The notes below the pieces were generated by a model. That model saw only the letters and a program-made list of their open reading frames with translations. It had not been told where the DNA came from and did no database searches. This document shows, one piece after another, positions 9,568 through 18,640 of a stretch of DNA of 64,000 bases. Where the stretch lies: contig JAOUEW010000004.1 of assembly GCA_029858505.1 (NCBI GenBank), positions 2,520 through 66,519 on the forward strand, in the 5' to 3' direction. The number at the start of each line of letters is the position of its first letter. Position 1 is the stretch's first letter. The DNA is from Deltaproteobacteria bacterium. Lineage in GTDB: Bacteria; SAR324; JACQKK01. The translations under genes were made by a program, and so were the position numbers.

Positions 9568-9674
9568 GGTCTTCCCGTGAAGAGGACGAACATTGGGAGG
9601 CGTGCCTTGCGAACGCTCCTTTCCATTCTCCTTTTCTTATATCGCCTTTCCGGTCAAGAGTCCAATGTTCCAGG

Positions 9675-11189
9675 TTAGGTTTTGTCTTGGGGCTCTGGGC
9701 GCATGGTGGGGAAGAAAATGACATCGCGAATGGAATAACTGTTGGTGAGCAGCATCACCATGCGGTCCACCCCAATGCCTGCCCCGCCCATGGGGGGCAT
9801 GCCATATTCCATGGTGCGCACGAACTCCCGGTCGTAGGGGTGGGCTTCTTGGTCTCCCTTGGAGCGCCGGGCGGCTTGTTGTTCAAACAACTGGCGCTGC
9901 ACCAGGGGGTCGTTCAGTTCGGAATAGGCGTTGCCAATCTCCCAACCGGCAATATAGGGCTCGAAGCGTTCCACCAAGCCAGGTTTGTCCCGGTGGGCTT
10001 TGCACAGGGGGGTGGTTTCCTCTGGAAAGTCGGTGATGAAGGTGGGCTGAATCAGCTTGGTCTCGCAGATTTCTTGAAACAAATGGGCCATGGCCATGCC
10101 GCGGGAGTATTCCTGAGCGTCGTCCCAGTCGTGGTGCTTCAGCAGGGTTTTCACCTCGTCATCCTTCAGCCGGGGGAAGTCGATGCCGCCCAGCTCCCGC
10201 AGGGCTTCTTCCATGGTCATGCGCTTCCAGGGAGGGGTTAAGTCTATGGTGGTGTGCTGATAGGTAAGGGTGAGGGAGCCATGGGCGGCCATGGCGCAGG
10301 CGGCCCAGATGTTTTCCATGTGGCGCATCATGTCGGTGTAGTCGGCATAGGCTTGGTAAAACTCCACCATGGTGAACTCAGGGTTGTGGCTGCGGTCGAT
10401 GCCCTCGTTGCGGAAGTCTTTGCCAATTTCAAACACACGGTTAAACCCTCCGGCCACCAGCCGCTTCAGGTACAACTCATCGGAAATGCGCAAATACAGC
10501 GGCAGGTCCAGGGCCTTGTGGCGGCTGGTGAAGGGGGTGGCGGCGGCCCCGCCATACAGCACTTGCAGCACGGGGGTTTCCACTTCCATGAATCCCTCGC
10601 TCACCAAATAATTGCGCAGGGCGTGAATGATTTTGGTGCGCTTGATGAACACCCCGGCGGCGTCTTCACTGGCGGCCAGGTCCACCCCCCGGTGGCGGTA
10701 GCGGAACTCGGTGTCTTTCAGCCCTTCGTGAACTTTGGCCCCCTCCTCGGTCTGTTCCACCTTGGCCACCGGCAGGGGGCGCAGGGCCTTGGCCAGCATT
10801 TGCCACGACTTCACCCGCAGGGTCAGCTCGCCTGTTTTGGTACGCATCATCACCCCCCGCACCCCCATGAAGTCTCCCAGGTCCAGCAAATCAAACTGCT
10901 GAAAGGCCTCTGGCCCCACTTCGTCTTCCCGCAGGTAAATCTGAAACCGAACGTGATCGTCTTTCAGGTGGCAGAAGGCGGCCTTGCCCTGGCGGCGGAT
11001 GGCCACCAGCCGGCCCGCGGCGGCCAGTTCCTGGCCAGAGGCCACCAGGGCGTCTCCCTCTTGGTTCAGCCGGGTCGCGGTGTGGGTGACCGGGAAGGCA
11101 TAGGGGTAAGGGTTGATGCCCATCTTCCGCGCCCGTTCCAGTTTGTCCAGCCGGGCTTCAACCTGATCGTTGCTGTCTTCCATGACCAT
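9675..11189 (-). CDS. lysS: Lysine--tRNA ligase (class II)
   Basis: 504 aa; N-terminal OB anticodon-binding region; class II motifs (FRNEG, GGAGIGVDR-like 'GGAGIGVDRMVMLL'); ATG 11187-11189. Confidence 0.95.
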   Translation of the reverse strand: MVMEDSNDQVEARLDKLERARKMGINPYPYAFPVTHTATRLNQEGDALVASGQELAAAGRLVAIRRQGKAAFCHLKDDHVRFQIYLREDEVGPEAFQQFDLLDLGDFMGVRGVMMRTKTGELTLRVKSWQMLAKALRPLPVAKVEQTEEGAKVHEGLKDTEFRYRHRGVDLAASEDAAGVFIKRTKIIHALRNYLVSEGFMEVETPVLQVLYGGAAATPFTSRHKALDLPLYLRISDELYLKRLVAGGFNRVFEIGKDFRNEGIDRSHNPEFTMVEFYQAYADYTDMMRHMENIWAACAMAAHGSLTLTYQHTTIDLTPPWKRMTMEEALRELGGIDFPRLKDDEVKTLLKHHDWDDAQEYSRGMAMAHLFQEICETKLIQPTFITDFPEETTPLCKAHRDKPGLVERFEPYIAGWEIGNAYSELNDPLVQRQLFEQQAARRSKGDQEAHPYDREFVRTMEYGMPPMGGAGIGVDRMVMLLTNSYSIRDVIFFPTMRPEPQDKT

Positions 11190-11303
11190 GGGGTTTTCTC
11201 TGAAAAAACTTTGGATAAATTTGAGGGTGTGGGGCGAACCACGTCAACGCAGGGTCAGGGTATCAAAGGCTTGGGTGGGGGGCAACGGCGGGGGGTGAAC
11301 GAA

Positions 11304-12155
11304 TCACCCCGTCTTTTTCTGAGCGGCTTTGGGGTCCACCGGCGGGGTGGCCATGGAGGTTTGTAGGTCGGCGCCGGTGAAGTTGGCCCCGGAGAAATTG
11401 CAGTTGTTGAACTGCGCTTTTTCAAACGTGGCGCCCGTCAGGTCGCAGCGCGACATATCGGTGCCTTCAAACTGGGCCCCAGAAAAGGATGCCCCCACCA
11501 TTTTACAACCCTGCAAATTGGCCTTGCCGAATTTGGCGCTGGTTAAGTTGGCGTGAATCATCATGGATTCGGACAGGTCGGCGTTGTGCAAGAACACTTC
11601 CGACAGGTTGGCGTTGCGCAGGTCGGTGCCTTTAATGCCCACGCCTTCCTCCATGCGTTTTTTCACCAGGTCTTTGATTTTTTCGGAGGAGGTGCGGTCG
11701 GACACCGACATTTCGGTGAGGCGCTGGTTGGTGTTCCGCAGGCGTTCGGCCAGCATTACCGCGAAGTTTTTGTAGAGCTTATAGGCCAGGGCCAGGTTGT
11801 TTTGCCGCAGCAGGGCCTCTCGCAGAGACAGGCACACGGTGTCGCCCACGGCAATGGCGCTGGCCGAGCGGGGAGATTGGTCGATGGGTCCCATTTCTCC
11901 AAACAGGGCGCCAGACTCTAGGGTGGCCAGCACTTCTTCTTGCTTTTGGCCAATGTTGCGGGAGATTTTTACTTTTCCCCCGATGACGATGTACATTTTG
12001 TCGCCGCGGGTGCCCTCTTTAAAAATGAAATCGTTGTCTTTCAGGACCTCGCGCTGGGTGCTTTTCAGCAGGGCCAGCAGTTCCCCGTCGTTGAAGTTCT
12101 TGAAGAAGACAACGCCTTCCTTCAACTTATTGAAAATTTCTTTGTTCAGTTGCAT
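11304..12155 (-). CDS. Cyclic nucleotide-binding domain protein fused to pentapeptide repeats
   Basis: 283 aa; N-terminal cNMP-binding fold (FIFKEGTRGDKMYIVIGGKVKI...GALFGEM); C-terminal run of A(D/N)LxG pentapeptide repeats (ANLSEVFLHNADLSESMMIHANLTSAKFGKANLQGCKMVGASFSGAQFEGTDMSRCDLTGATFEKAQFNNCNFSGANFTGADL). Confidence 0.8.
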   Translation of the reverse strand: MQLNKEIFNKLKEGVVFFKNFNDGELLALLKSTQREVLKDNDFIFKEGTRGDKMYIVIGGKVKISRNIGQKQEEVLATLESGALFGEMGPIDQSPRSASAIAVGDTVCLSLREALLRQNNLALAYKLYKNFAVMLAERLRNTNQRLTEMSVSDRTSSEKIKDLVKKRMEEGVGIKGTDLRNANLSEVFLHNADLSESMMIHANLTSAKFGKANLQGCKMVGASFSGAQFEGTDMSRCDLTGATFEKAQFNNCNFSGANFTGADLQTSMATPPVDPKAAQKKTG

Positions 12156-12170
12156 GGGGGGGTCGGCCGA

Positions 12171-12578
12171 TCAGGGAAGTCGGGTTGAGGGGGGAATGGG
12201 GCGGCTGAGTAATTCAGCCACGCCTGCCTGCCCCAGCAGCCAGCGCCATTCGAAATCGCGCAGCACCACGTTGCGGGTAAACCGTTGGGCGGGTGCTTCC
12301 ATTACAAACTGAATATCCGTTCCGGGGGTGTTGGCTGGTAAAGCCCGGCCCCAGGTGTGGGGGTCGTTGGTTTGCAGCCGGGCCAAGCCCGCCACCGCCC
12401 GCAGGCGGCGGAACCGCCGGTGGGCCGCCCGATACACCGGGCGGGCAAACAGGGCCGGGTGCCGGTTGCGGCTGAGCGAGCCCTCTGCCAGCCGGGGGAA
12501 CAGTTCCCGGTAAGGGTCCGGACCGCTGGCCGGGCTGCCGGGGAGCATCTCTAGGATTTGGGCGTGGTTCGCGCTCAT
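12171..12578 (-). CDS. Hypothetical protein
   Basis: 135 aa, ATG 12576-12578, ends 16 nt before the cNMP/pentapeptide gene on the same strand; Arg/Pro-rich; no family recognised. Confidence 0.45.
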   Translation of the reverse strand: MSANHAQILEMLPGSPASGPDPYRELFPRLAEGSLSRNRHPALFARPVYRAAHRRFRRLRAVAGLARLQTNDPHTWGRALPANTPGTDIQFVMEAPAQRFTRNVVLRDFEWRWLLGQAGVAELLSRPIPPSTRLP

Positions 12579-12714
12579 GGTCTGTAATCTGTGTTCCGTG
12601 TTTTTTTCAGTGTTTCGCGTTCTGTGTGTGATGGCCTATGATCTGGCTTATTTACTGTTCCGCCCCACCCGTTTCGTTGATCGGCCAGCCGGGATTTCCT
12701 TCACCGGGGCGTTC

Positions 12715-13641
12715 TTAATCCCATTTTCCAAGAGCATACAAGATTAGAGCCATTCGCACCCACAATCCGTTCTGGGCTTGGTGAAAATAAAAGGCCCGTG
12801 GGTCGCTGTCCACTTCGGGGGCAATTTCTTCCACCCGGGGCAGGGGGTGCATGATAATGGCTTCGGGAGCCATCCGGTGCACGTTTTCTTCAGAAAGACG
12901 GTATTTTCCAGCCGCCTCGGCGTATTCGTTCAGGTCCAAGAACCGTTCTTTTTGAATGCGGGTCATGTACACGCAATCTACCTGGGGCAGCACGGCATCC
13001 AGGTTGGTGTTGTTTTCGTACGAAACCCCCTGGCGGTCTAGATAGGCCAGAATGTCATCGTGCATCTGGCAAACTTCTGGCGCCACGAACACCAAATGCA
13101 CCCCCTTGAACTTGGCCAGCAGGTAGGCCAGGGAGCGCACCGTGCGGCCATAACGCAGGTCTCCCACCATGGCCACCCTCAGGTTGTCTAGCCGGTGGAA
13201 TTTTTGATGCAGGGTGTACAGGTCCAGCAGGGCCTGGGTGGGGTGCTGGCCCGCGCCGTCTCCGGCGTTTAGCACGGGCACCGAGGATATGCTGGCGGCC
13301 CGCTTGGCGGCCCCGATTTCGTTGTGGCGCATCACGATGATGTCGGCATAGCCAGACAAAATGCGGATGGAATCCTCCAGGGATTCTCCCTTGGCGAAGG
13401 AGGAGAATTCCCGGGCGTTTTCAGTGGTAATGACGTTTCCCCCCAGGCGGTACATGGCCGACTCGAAAGAAAAGCGGGTGCGGGTAGAAGGCTCGTAAAA
13501 CAGCGAGGCCATGATGGTTCCCGTGCCCCCCAGGGGGCCGCCCCGGCCAGAGCGTGAGAGGTCCTGGCTGTGTTGAAACAGGGCGGAGAGGAATCCGGAG
13601 TCGAACTGCTGGGATTCTATGATGTGTCTGATCTGGCCCAT
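12715..13641 (-). CDS. pyrB: Aspartate carbamoyltransferase catalytic subunit
   Basis: 308 aa; carbamoyl-phosphate-binding STRTR motif (EPSTRTRFSFE), HPLP motif; ATG 13639-13641. Confidence 0.92.
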   Translation of the reverse strand: MGQIRHIIESQQFDSGFLSALFQHSQDLSRSGRGGPLGGTGTIMASLFYEPSTRTRFSFESAMYRLGGNVITTENAREFSSFAKGESLEDSIRILSGYADIIVMRHNEIGAAKRAASISSVPVLNAGDGAGQHPTQALLDLYTLHQKFHRLDNLRVAMVGDLRYGRTVRSLAYLLAKFKGVHLVFVAPEVCQMHDDILAYLDRQGVSYENNTNLDAVLPQVDCVYMTRIQKERFLDLNEYAEAAGKYRLSEENVHRMAPEAIIMHPLPRVEEIAPEVDSDPRAFYFHQAQNGLWVRMALILYALGKWD

Positions 13642-13777
13642 CCCGTCCTTCCGGCTGGTTGGTTCCCCCCTGGTGGCCGGTTTTCCTCCAGAACGCGGGG
13701 TTCAAGAGGAATCGAATCCGGTTTGCGTTTCGTACCACAATGGGATGTTTTTGGCCAGGGGAGAGGCGGGAAGCCGT

Positions 13778-15304
13778 TTAGGGCATGGGCCGGTAAATTT
13801 CGATGGGATGGCGCAGGGGCCCCCCCCGGCCTTCGGTGACCCGCCCCAGGGACACCAATTTCCATCCTCGCTCCGCGGCGTATCCCGCGATCCACCGGCA
13901 GTCTTTTTCCGGTTGTTCGCAGAAAAACAGGGTGTTGTTGGTGGTCAGGGCTTGGTCGGGGCTCCACAGGTTGCGCAAGGGGCGCTCTAGCGAGTGGCTG
14001 AAGGCCAGGGGGTGCCGGGGCAGGTGCAGAGCCAATTGGGAGGCCAGCGGGTAGAAATAAGAGACAACATATTGGGGCAGGGGCACCCCTTGGTTAATCA
14101 GGTGATCGGCCACCGCCTGCCCGGTTTCGTGCCACCCCACGACTTGTTGAGAGTTGTCGGCCTGGGCTGGAATGGGCAGGAAGGGCCGCAGGGTGTGAAC
14201 CAGCACCATCAACCCTAAGGCCAAGTTGATGAGCCAGGCAGACCCCACCATCCAGGTCACCATGACCTGCCCCCGCTGCTGCCAGGCCAGGGCGGCGCTG
14301 TGGCCCAGCAAAATGAACAGGGTCAAAAAGGCGGTGTCGGCGTATTTGGGATCGGGGAACGAGCCCAGAATGAAGGCAATGGAGAAAAACACCAGGGGGG
14401 TAAGGCCCATCCAGGCCAGGGCGGTTTCCGGTTCCACCCGCCCCCGGGGATGGGCCCGGCGAATCCACCCCGCCGCTTCGGCGATGGCCCACACCGACAA
14501 CACCACCGAAAACAACAGCCACCACCCCACCGTGAACTCCAAGAGATGCTTGCCGAAGGGCACGTGGGTGTCTACCCCGCCTTTGGCCAATTGATGGCGG
14601 AAGGACACCCAGTCGTGGGTGGCGTTCCAAAACAGCACGGGAGAAAAAACCGCCAGGGCAATGGCCCCCCCCGCGTATTGGTAGGGGTTTTTAAACTCTC
14701 GCCGCAGGGAAGGCACCATGGCGCAGGTCACGGCCACGCCCAGGTAGAACAGCACCATCACGTATTTCGACAACCCCCCCAGGCCCCCGGCCACCCCCAT
14801 CCACAACAGCCAGCGGGGGTTGTTGGTTTCCAGGTATTTCATCCAGCAGGCCAGGGCCCCCAGCCAGCACAGCAGCATTACCGAATCAATGTTCAGCACC
14901 AGGGTGCCCAGGGTGAAAAACTGGGTGGCCCACAAAAGAACCAGGGTGAACACCGCCGCCAGAGAGCCAAACAGCCGCAAGGTGAGGGCATAGGCCCCCG
15001 CCATGATCAGGGCGTTTGTTACCCAGGCGGCAAACTTAAGGGTGGATTCGCTTTCTCCCAGCACGCTGGTAAACAGGCGAATCCACCAGGCGATCATGGG
15101 GGGGTGTTCGTAATAGGACCACGACAACATCCGGGACTGCATCCAGTGGTCAATGACATCAGGGTGGGGAGACACCGCCGTGTTGACCAAGGAGATGATG
15201 AGGGCGTGAACGGCCAGACCTGCCACCAGCACGGGATGACGGGAAATAAACCGAGCGATGGGCTGCAAAACATCAGCGGGGGAAGCCCCGGAAAACCTAG
15301 CCAT
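13778..15304 (-). CDS. Polytopic membrane glycosyltransferase, GT39/ArnT-PMT-like
   Basis: 508 aa, >10 predicted TM helices, N-terminal region resembling dolichyl-phosphate-mannose protein mannosyltransferase / 4-amino-arabinose transferase family. Confidence 0.65.
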   Translation of the reverse strand: MARFSGASPADVLQPIARFISRHPVLVAGLAVHALIISLVNTAVSPHPDVIDHWMQSRMLSWSYYEHPPMIAWWIRLFTSVLGESESTLKFAAWVTNALIMAGAYALTLRLFGSLAAVFTLVLLWATQFFTLGTLVLNIDSVMLLCWLGALACWMKYLETNNPRWLLWMGVAGGLGGLSKYVMVLFYLGVAVTCAMVPSLRREFKNPYQYAGGAIALAVFSPVLFWNATHDWVSFRHQLAKGGVDTHVPFGKHLLEFTVGWWLLFSVVLSVWAIAEAAGWIRRAHPRGRVEPETALAWMGLTPLVFFSIAFILGSFPDPKYADTAFLTLFILLGHSAALAWQQRGQVMVTWMVGSAWLINLALGLMVLVHTLRPFLPIPAQADNSQQVVGWHETGQAVADHLINQGVPLPQYVVSYFYPLASQLALHLPRHPLAFSHSLERPLRNLWSPDQALTTNNTLFFCEQPEKDCRWIAGYAAERGWKLVSLGRVTEGRGGPLRHPIEIYRPMP

Positions 15305-15435
15305 GGCTGGGTGGGCGTGGATGATGGGCGTAGATGTAGGTGAGGCGAAGAATCAACCCACAATGGGTGAAGAAATCTTTCTCTTTCTATATCCCATTCC
15401 AGGGGGGGGATGGAAGGCCCCCGGAAAACCGGGGT

Positions 15436-16140
15436 TTACTGACCCTGAGGCGGGGCGGGCTGTTTGGCGATGTTCTGGCTGTAAAACTGTTGGTTGCGGG
15501 CTTGGGCCTCGGCTTGCGGGTTTTGTGCCCCACCGCCGCCCATAATTCTTTGGGCGTAGAAGCTTTGGTTGGCTTGGGCCTTGGTGTCTCGGTCGGCTTG
15601 CACGCTTTGCTGCTGGGGCTGAAGGGTGTGGGCGTAAAAATTAATATTGGCCTGGCGGCGGGGGGCTTGGCTGCCGGTTCCCTGCTGGGGGATGATGACC
15701 TGGCTGTAAAAGGCTTGGCGTTGGGCCTGCCCCCGGCTTTGCTCGGCGGCCACCATTTGCTGCTGCACCTGCATTTGCTGGAACTGCTGGCGCAGTTGTT
15801 CGGCCCGGGCCATTTTGCTTTGGGCGGCCGCGTCTTGGCTGGCCAAAATTAACTGCCCGTGACGGCGGGTTTGGGCGGCCCGGCCTTGCTCGCCATACAT
15901 ATTCAAGGCGGCGATTTCAGACTGTTTCTGATCCCAAATGGCCCGGTCGCGCTGCAGCTGCAGCTGCCGATCTTGTTCCATTTGCATCCGCACCTGGGCC
16001 ATGCGCAGTTGCAGCTCATCGTAATTGATGCCGGGGGGGAACCGCTCGGGGTTGCGTTGGGCCAGGGCGGGGTTTCCGCCAAACAAAGCCAGGGTACCGG
16101 CCAAGACCAAAAAAGCCGTGAATGTTTTGAAGATTCGCAT
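15436..16140 (-). CDS. Secreted Gln-rich hypothetical protein with FY(S/A)Q repeats
   Basis: 234 aa; signal peptide MRIFKTFTAFLVLAGTLALFGGNPALA; ~25% Gln; four repeats AFYSQ / NFYAH / SFYAQ / QFYSQ. Confidence 0.6.
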   Translation of the reverse strand: MRIFKTFTAFLVLAGTLALFGGNPALAQRNPERFPPGINYDELQLRMAQVRMQMEQDRQLQLQRDRAIWDQKQSEIAALNMYGEQGRAAQTRRHGQLILASQDAAAQSKMARAEQLRQQFQQMQVQQQMVAAEQSRGQAQRQAFYSQVIIPQQGTGSQAPRRQANINFYAHTLQPQQQSVQADRDTKAQANQSFYAQRIMGGGGAQNPQAEAQARNQQFYSQNIAKQPAPPQGQ

Positions 16141-16235
16141 GGGGGGTTCCTTTCCGTTGGTTTTCTATTCGATATTTTCTTTTCGGCTGGGAAAGGGGAA
16201 ACTTAACCGGAACCCATGAAACGTAAAGGACCGGC

Positions 16236-16928
16236 ATGATACAGCGCGTTGCGGAATGGCTGGTGGCTGCCCTGGTGCGGGGGCTGTACGCCACCGCCCG
16301 AAAACGGCGGGTGAACTGGCAGGTGGTGGAGGGGCTGGCGGAACGGGGCACCCCGGCCATTTATGCCCTGTGGCATAACAATTTGCTGTTTTTCGGCCGA
16401 GAACTGGGGGGGCGGGGGCTGGGGGCCATGGTCAGCCGTTCCAAAGACGGCGAGGGCATTGCCCGCATTTTGGCCGGTTGGGGGTTTCAGGTGGTGCGGG
16501 GTTCCAGCTCCAACGGGGGAAAGGCGGCCTTTCGAGAATACCTGCGGCTGTTGAAAAGCGGCGCGGGGGTGGCCATTACCCCAGACGGCCCCCGGGGGCC
16601 CCGTTATGTGCTGCAAGAAGGCGTGGCGGCCCTGGCCCGATTGTCGGGGGCGCCCATTGTGCCGGTTCACTACGCCGCCCCGCGCTGTTGGCAGGCTGGC
16701 AGCTGGGACCGAATGAAACTCCCCAAGCCTTTTTCTCGGGTGGTGGTGATGGCGGGTACCCCCCTGTATCTCAGCCGGGAGGAAACCCCCGGCGACCGGG
16801 AACGGGTGGAAGGGGCCCTGCGGCGGTTGTCGGCCGTGGCCGAAGCCTTTGCCCAAACCGGCCTGTTGCGGCAAGAACCCCTGCTGGCCCAGGCCCTGGA
16901 GGATAGGATTTCATCACGCGTTTCCTAA
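16236..16928 (+). CDS. Lysophospholipid acyltransferase family protein (DUF374-like)
   Basis: 230 aa; 'YALWHNNLL...SRSKDGEGIARIL...VAITPDGPRGPRY' matches the DUF374/LPLAT family pattern (HxxxxD-like and PDGPRGP). Confidence 0.7.
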   Translation: MIQRVAEWLVAALVRGLYATARKRRVNWQVVEGLAERGTPAIYALWHNNLLFFGRELGGRGLGAMVSRSKDGEGIARILAGWGFQVVRGSSSNGGKAAFREYLRLLKSGAGVAITPDGPRGPRYVLQEGVAALARLSGAPIVPVHYAAPRCWQAGSWDRMKLPKPFSRVVVMAGTPLYLSREETPGDRERVEGALRRLSAVAEAFAQTGLLRQEPLLAQALEDRISSRVS

Positions 16929-16961
16929 CGCATTTGTTCACGCCATTGGGAGAACTGCCCC

Positions 16962-17996
16962 ATGATGTTTGCATCCCCGAACCGGTATGGTTCCCGGCCT
17001 GGGCCGTGGTCCACAGCTGTGTTTGTTTCTCTGCTGGTCCTGCTGGCCGTGGCGCCCTTGACCGCCCAGGCCAAGGAACCCGGCCGGGTGGCGGCCCAGG
17101 TAGACGGCCAGCCCCTGTATGCCGAAGAAATGAACAGCGCCGATTTGTATGCCGCCCGCAAACAGGTGTATGCCCTGGAAATGGCGGCCCTGCGCCATCA
17201 GGCGTTGGAAGTGCTGCGGGCCAAACGGCCTGGGCAGTTTCCCGCCCCGCGGGTTCGGGTGAGCGATAAAGAGGTCGAAACGTTTTATCAAAAGGCCAAC
17301 CTGCGCCAACGGGGCAGCCTGGCCGATTTTAAAGACAGCATTCGGGAGTACATCACGGCCCAGAAAACCGCCCAGGCTGAACAAGAGCAATTCAACCAAG
17401 CCGTGGCCCAGGGGTTGATTCAACCTCGGCTAGCGCCCCCCCCGCCGTTTTTGTTCCGCATCAAGCAGGTGAAAGGTGCCGCCAGTCGGGGGCCCCAAAA
17501 CGCCCGGGTGGTGCTGGTGGAGTTTTCTGACTTTCAGTGCCCGTTCTGCCTGCGGGTGCAGCCCACCCTCACCGCGCTGCTGAACAACAACCCCAAAACC
17601 GTTCGCTTGGAATACCGGCACATGCCCCTGGACAACCTGCACGACGAAGCCCGGCGGGCCGCCCAGGCCACCGAGTGCGCCGGGGAACAGGGGGTCTTTT
17701 GGGCCTATCACGATCAGTTGTATCAGTCGCCCCGTGACCTGAATGATCAAAAACTGATGGCCCTGGCGGAGAAGTCGGGGGTGAAAGACCGCAAGGCTTT
17801 TTCCACCTGCCTGAACTCGGGGCGCTATGCCAAACGGGTGGCGGAAGACGAAAAAGCCGCCGCAAGCCTGGGCATTACCGGAACGCCGGGGTTTTTGGTG
17901 GCCAGGGAAAAAGGGGAATGGCTGGAAGGGGTGGTGTTGAGCGGGGCCATGCCCTTGGAGAACTTTCAAGAGGCGGTGGACGACATGGCCCGATGA
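16962..17996 (+). CDS. Secreted DsbA-family thiol:disulfide oxidoreductase with N-terminal extension
   Basis: 344 aa; signal peptide; thioredoxin-fold active site CPFC (SDFQCPFCLRV); C-terminal DsbA-like region. Confidence 0.8.
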   Translation: MMFASPNRYGSRPGPWSTAVFVSLLVLLAVAPLTAQAKEPGRVAAQVDGQPLYAEEMNSADLYAARKQVYALEMAALRHQALEVLRAKRPGQFPAPRVRVSDKEVETFYQKANLRQRGSLADFKDSIREYITAQKTAQAEQEQFNQAVAQGLIQPRLAPPPPFLFRIKQVKGAASRGPQNARVVLVEFSDFQCPFCLRVQPTLTALLNNNPKTVRLEYRHMPLDNLHDEARRAAQATECAGEQGVFWAYHDQLYQSPRDLNDQKLMALAEKSGVKDRKAFSTCLNSGRYAKRVAEDEKAAASLGITGTPGFLVAREKGEWLEGVVLSGAMPLENFQEAVDDMAR

Positions 17997-18004
17997 CACA
18001 GGCC

Positions 18005-18185
18005 TTCCATTACCCGCTGGGCATCCCCTCCCCGGGCTATACAGATGGGAAGGGGAATCGCTCGAATCCGCAATGTTATGCGCTTGCTTCCGTTCAGTCT
18101 TCAAGCAACAGAACAGTTGAATTGAATAACCGATGGCTTCGAGCATTGCCCCTCTCTACGGCAGAGGGGCAGCCCGCGCTAGCGG
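18005..18185. repeat. Copy of intergenic repeat family
   Basis: 'cccctccccgggctatacagatgggaagggg' hairpin, 'gctcgaatccgcaatgttatgcgcttgcttccgttcag', 'ccgatggcttcgag', 'cccctctctacggcagagggg'; sits between convergent genes. Confidence 0.65.
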
Positions 18186-18298
18186 GCGGGGTGCGTTTGA
18201 ACAGTTCAGCCCCCTTCCGTTGGAAGGAGGCTGAAGTTTGGTAAGAAATGAAGTCGGGATGGAGCCAGATAAAGGAGAAGACCAGGGGCTAACAACGC

Positions 18299-18523
18299 TT
18301 AGATCAGCCCGGCTTCTTTCAGGGCGGCGTAGGCACCCTTTTTATCCAAAGAGCGCAGGGCCTTGGTGCTCAATTTCACCGTGATGTATTTTTTCAGTTC
18401 CGGCACAAACACCCGCCGCGTTTGCAGGTTGGGCTGCTGCACGTGGTTGGTTTTAATGTTGGAGTGGGAAACACGGTGCCCGTTCAGCCGCCGTTTTCCG
18501 GTCAGTTCGCAAATTCTGGACAT
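18299..18523 (-). CDS. rpmB: 50S ribosomal protein L28
   Basis: Start MSRICELTGKRRLNGHRVSHSNIKT at 18521-18523 (ORF track extends further upstream); canonical L28 N-terminus. Confidence 0.9.
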   Translation of the reverse strand: MSRICELTGKRRLNGHRVSHSNIKTNHVQQPNLQTRRVFVPELKKYITVKLSTKALRSLDKKGAYAALKEAGLI

Positions 18524-18640
18524 GGCCTGAGGTCTGGTAAAAGGGTCTGAAAACAACAGAGGCAGGAAACGTTTCCTCTGGGTAATATTATTCGCGTAAA
18601 CGTTATTTTGAACATGCCCCTGGGGGAATGTCAACCGGGG

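Noticed and set aside
10254-11366. 370-aa + strand ORF opposite lysS
   Set aside because: Antisense of a highly conserved lysS; His/Gly/Val-rich with no motifs.
13642-13777. PyrR-type attenuator in the pyrB leader
   Set aside because: No match to the ARUCCAGAGAGGCU-type PyrR binding loop on the sense strand; only a solo 'aatcgaatccgg' box is present.
14300-15343. 347-aa + strand ORF opposite the GT39-like membrane protein gene
   Set aside because: Gly/His/Pro/Gln-rich antisense frame; the minus-strand product has coherent TM topology.
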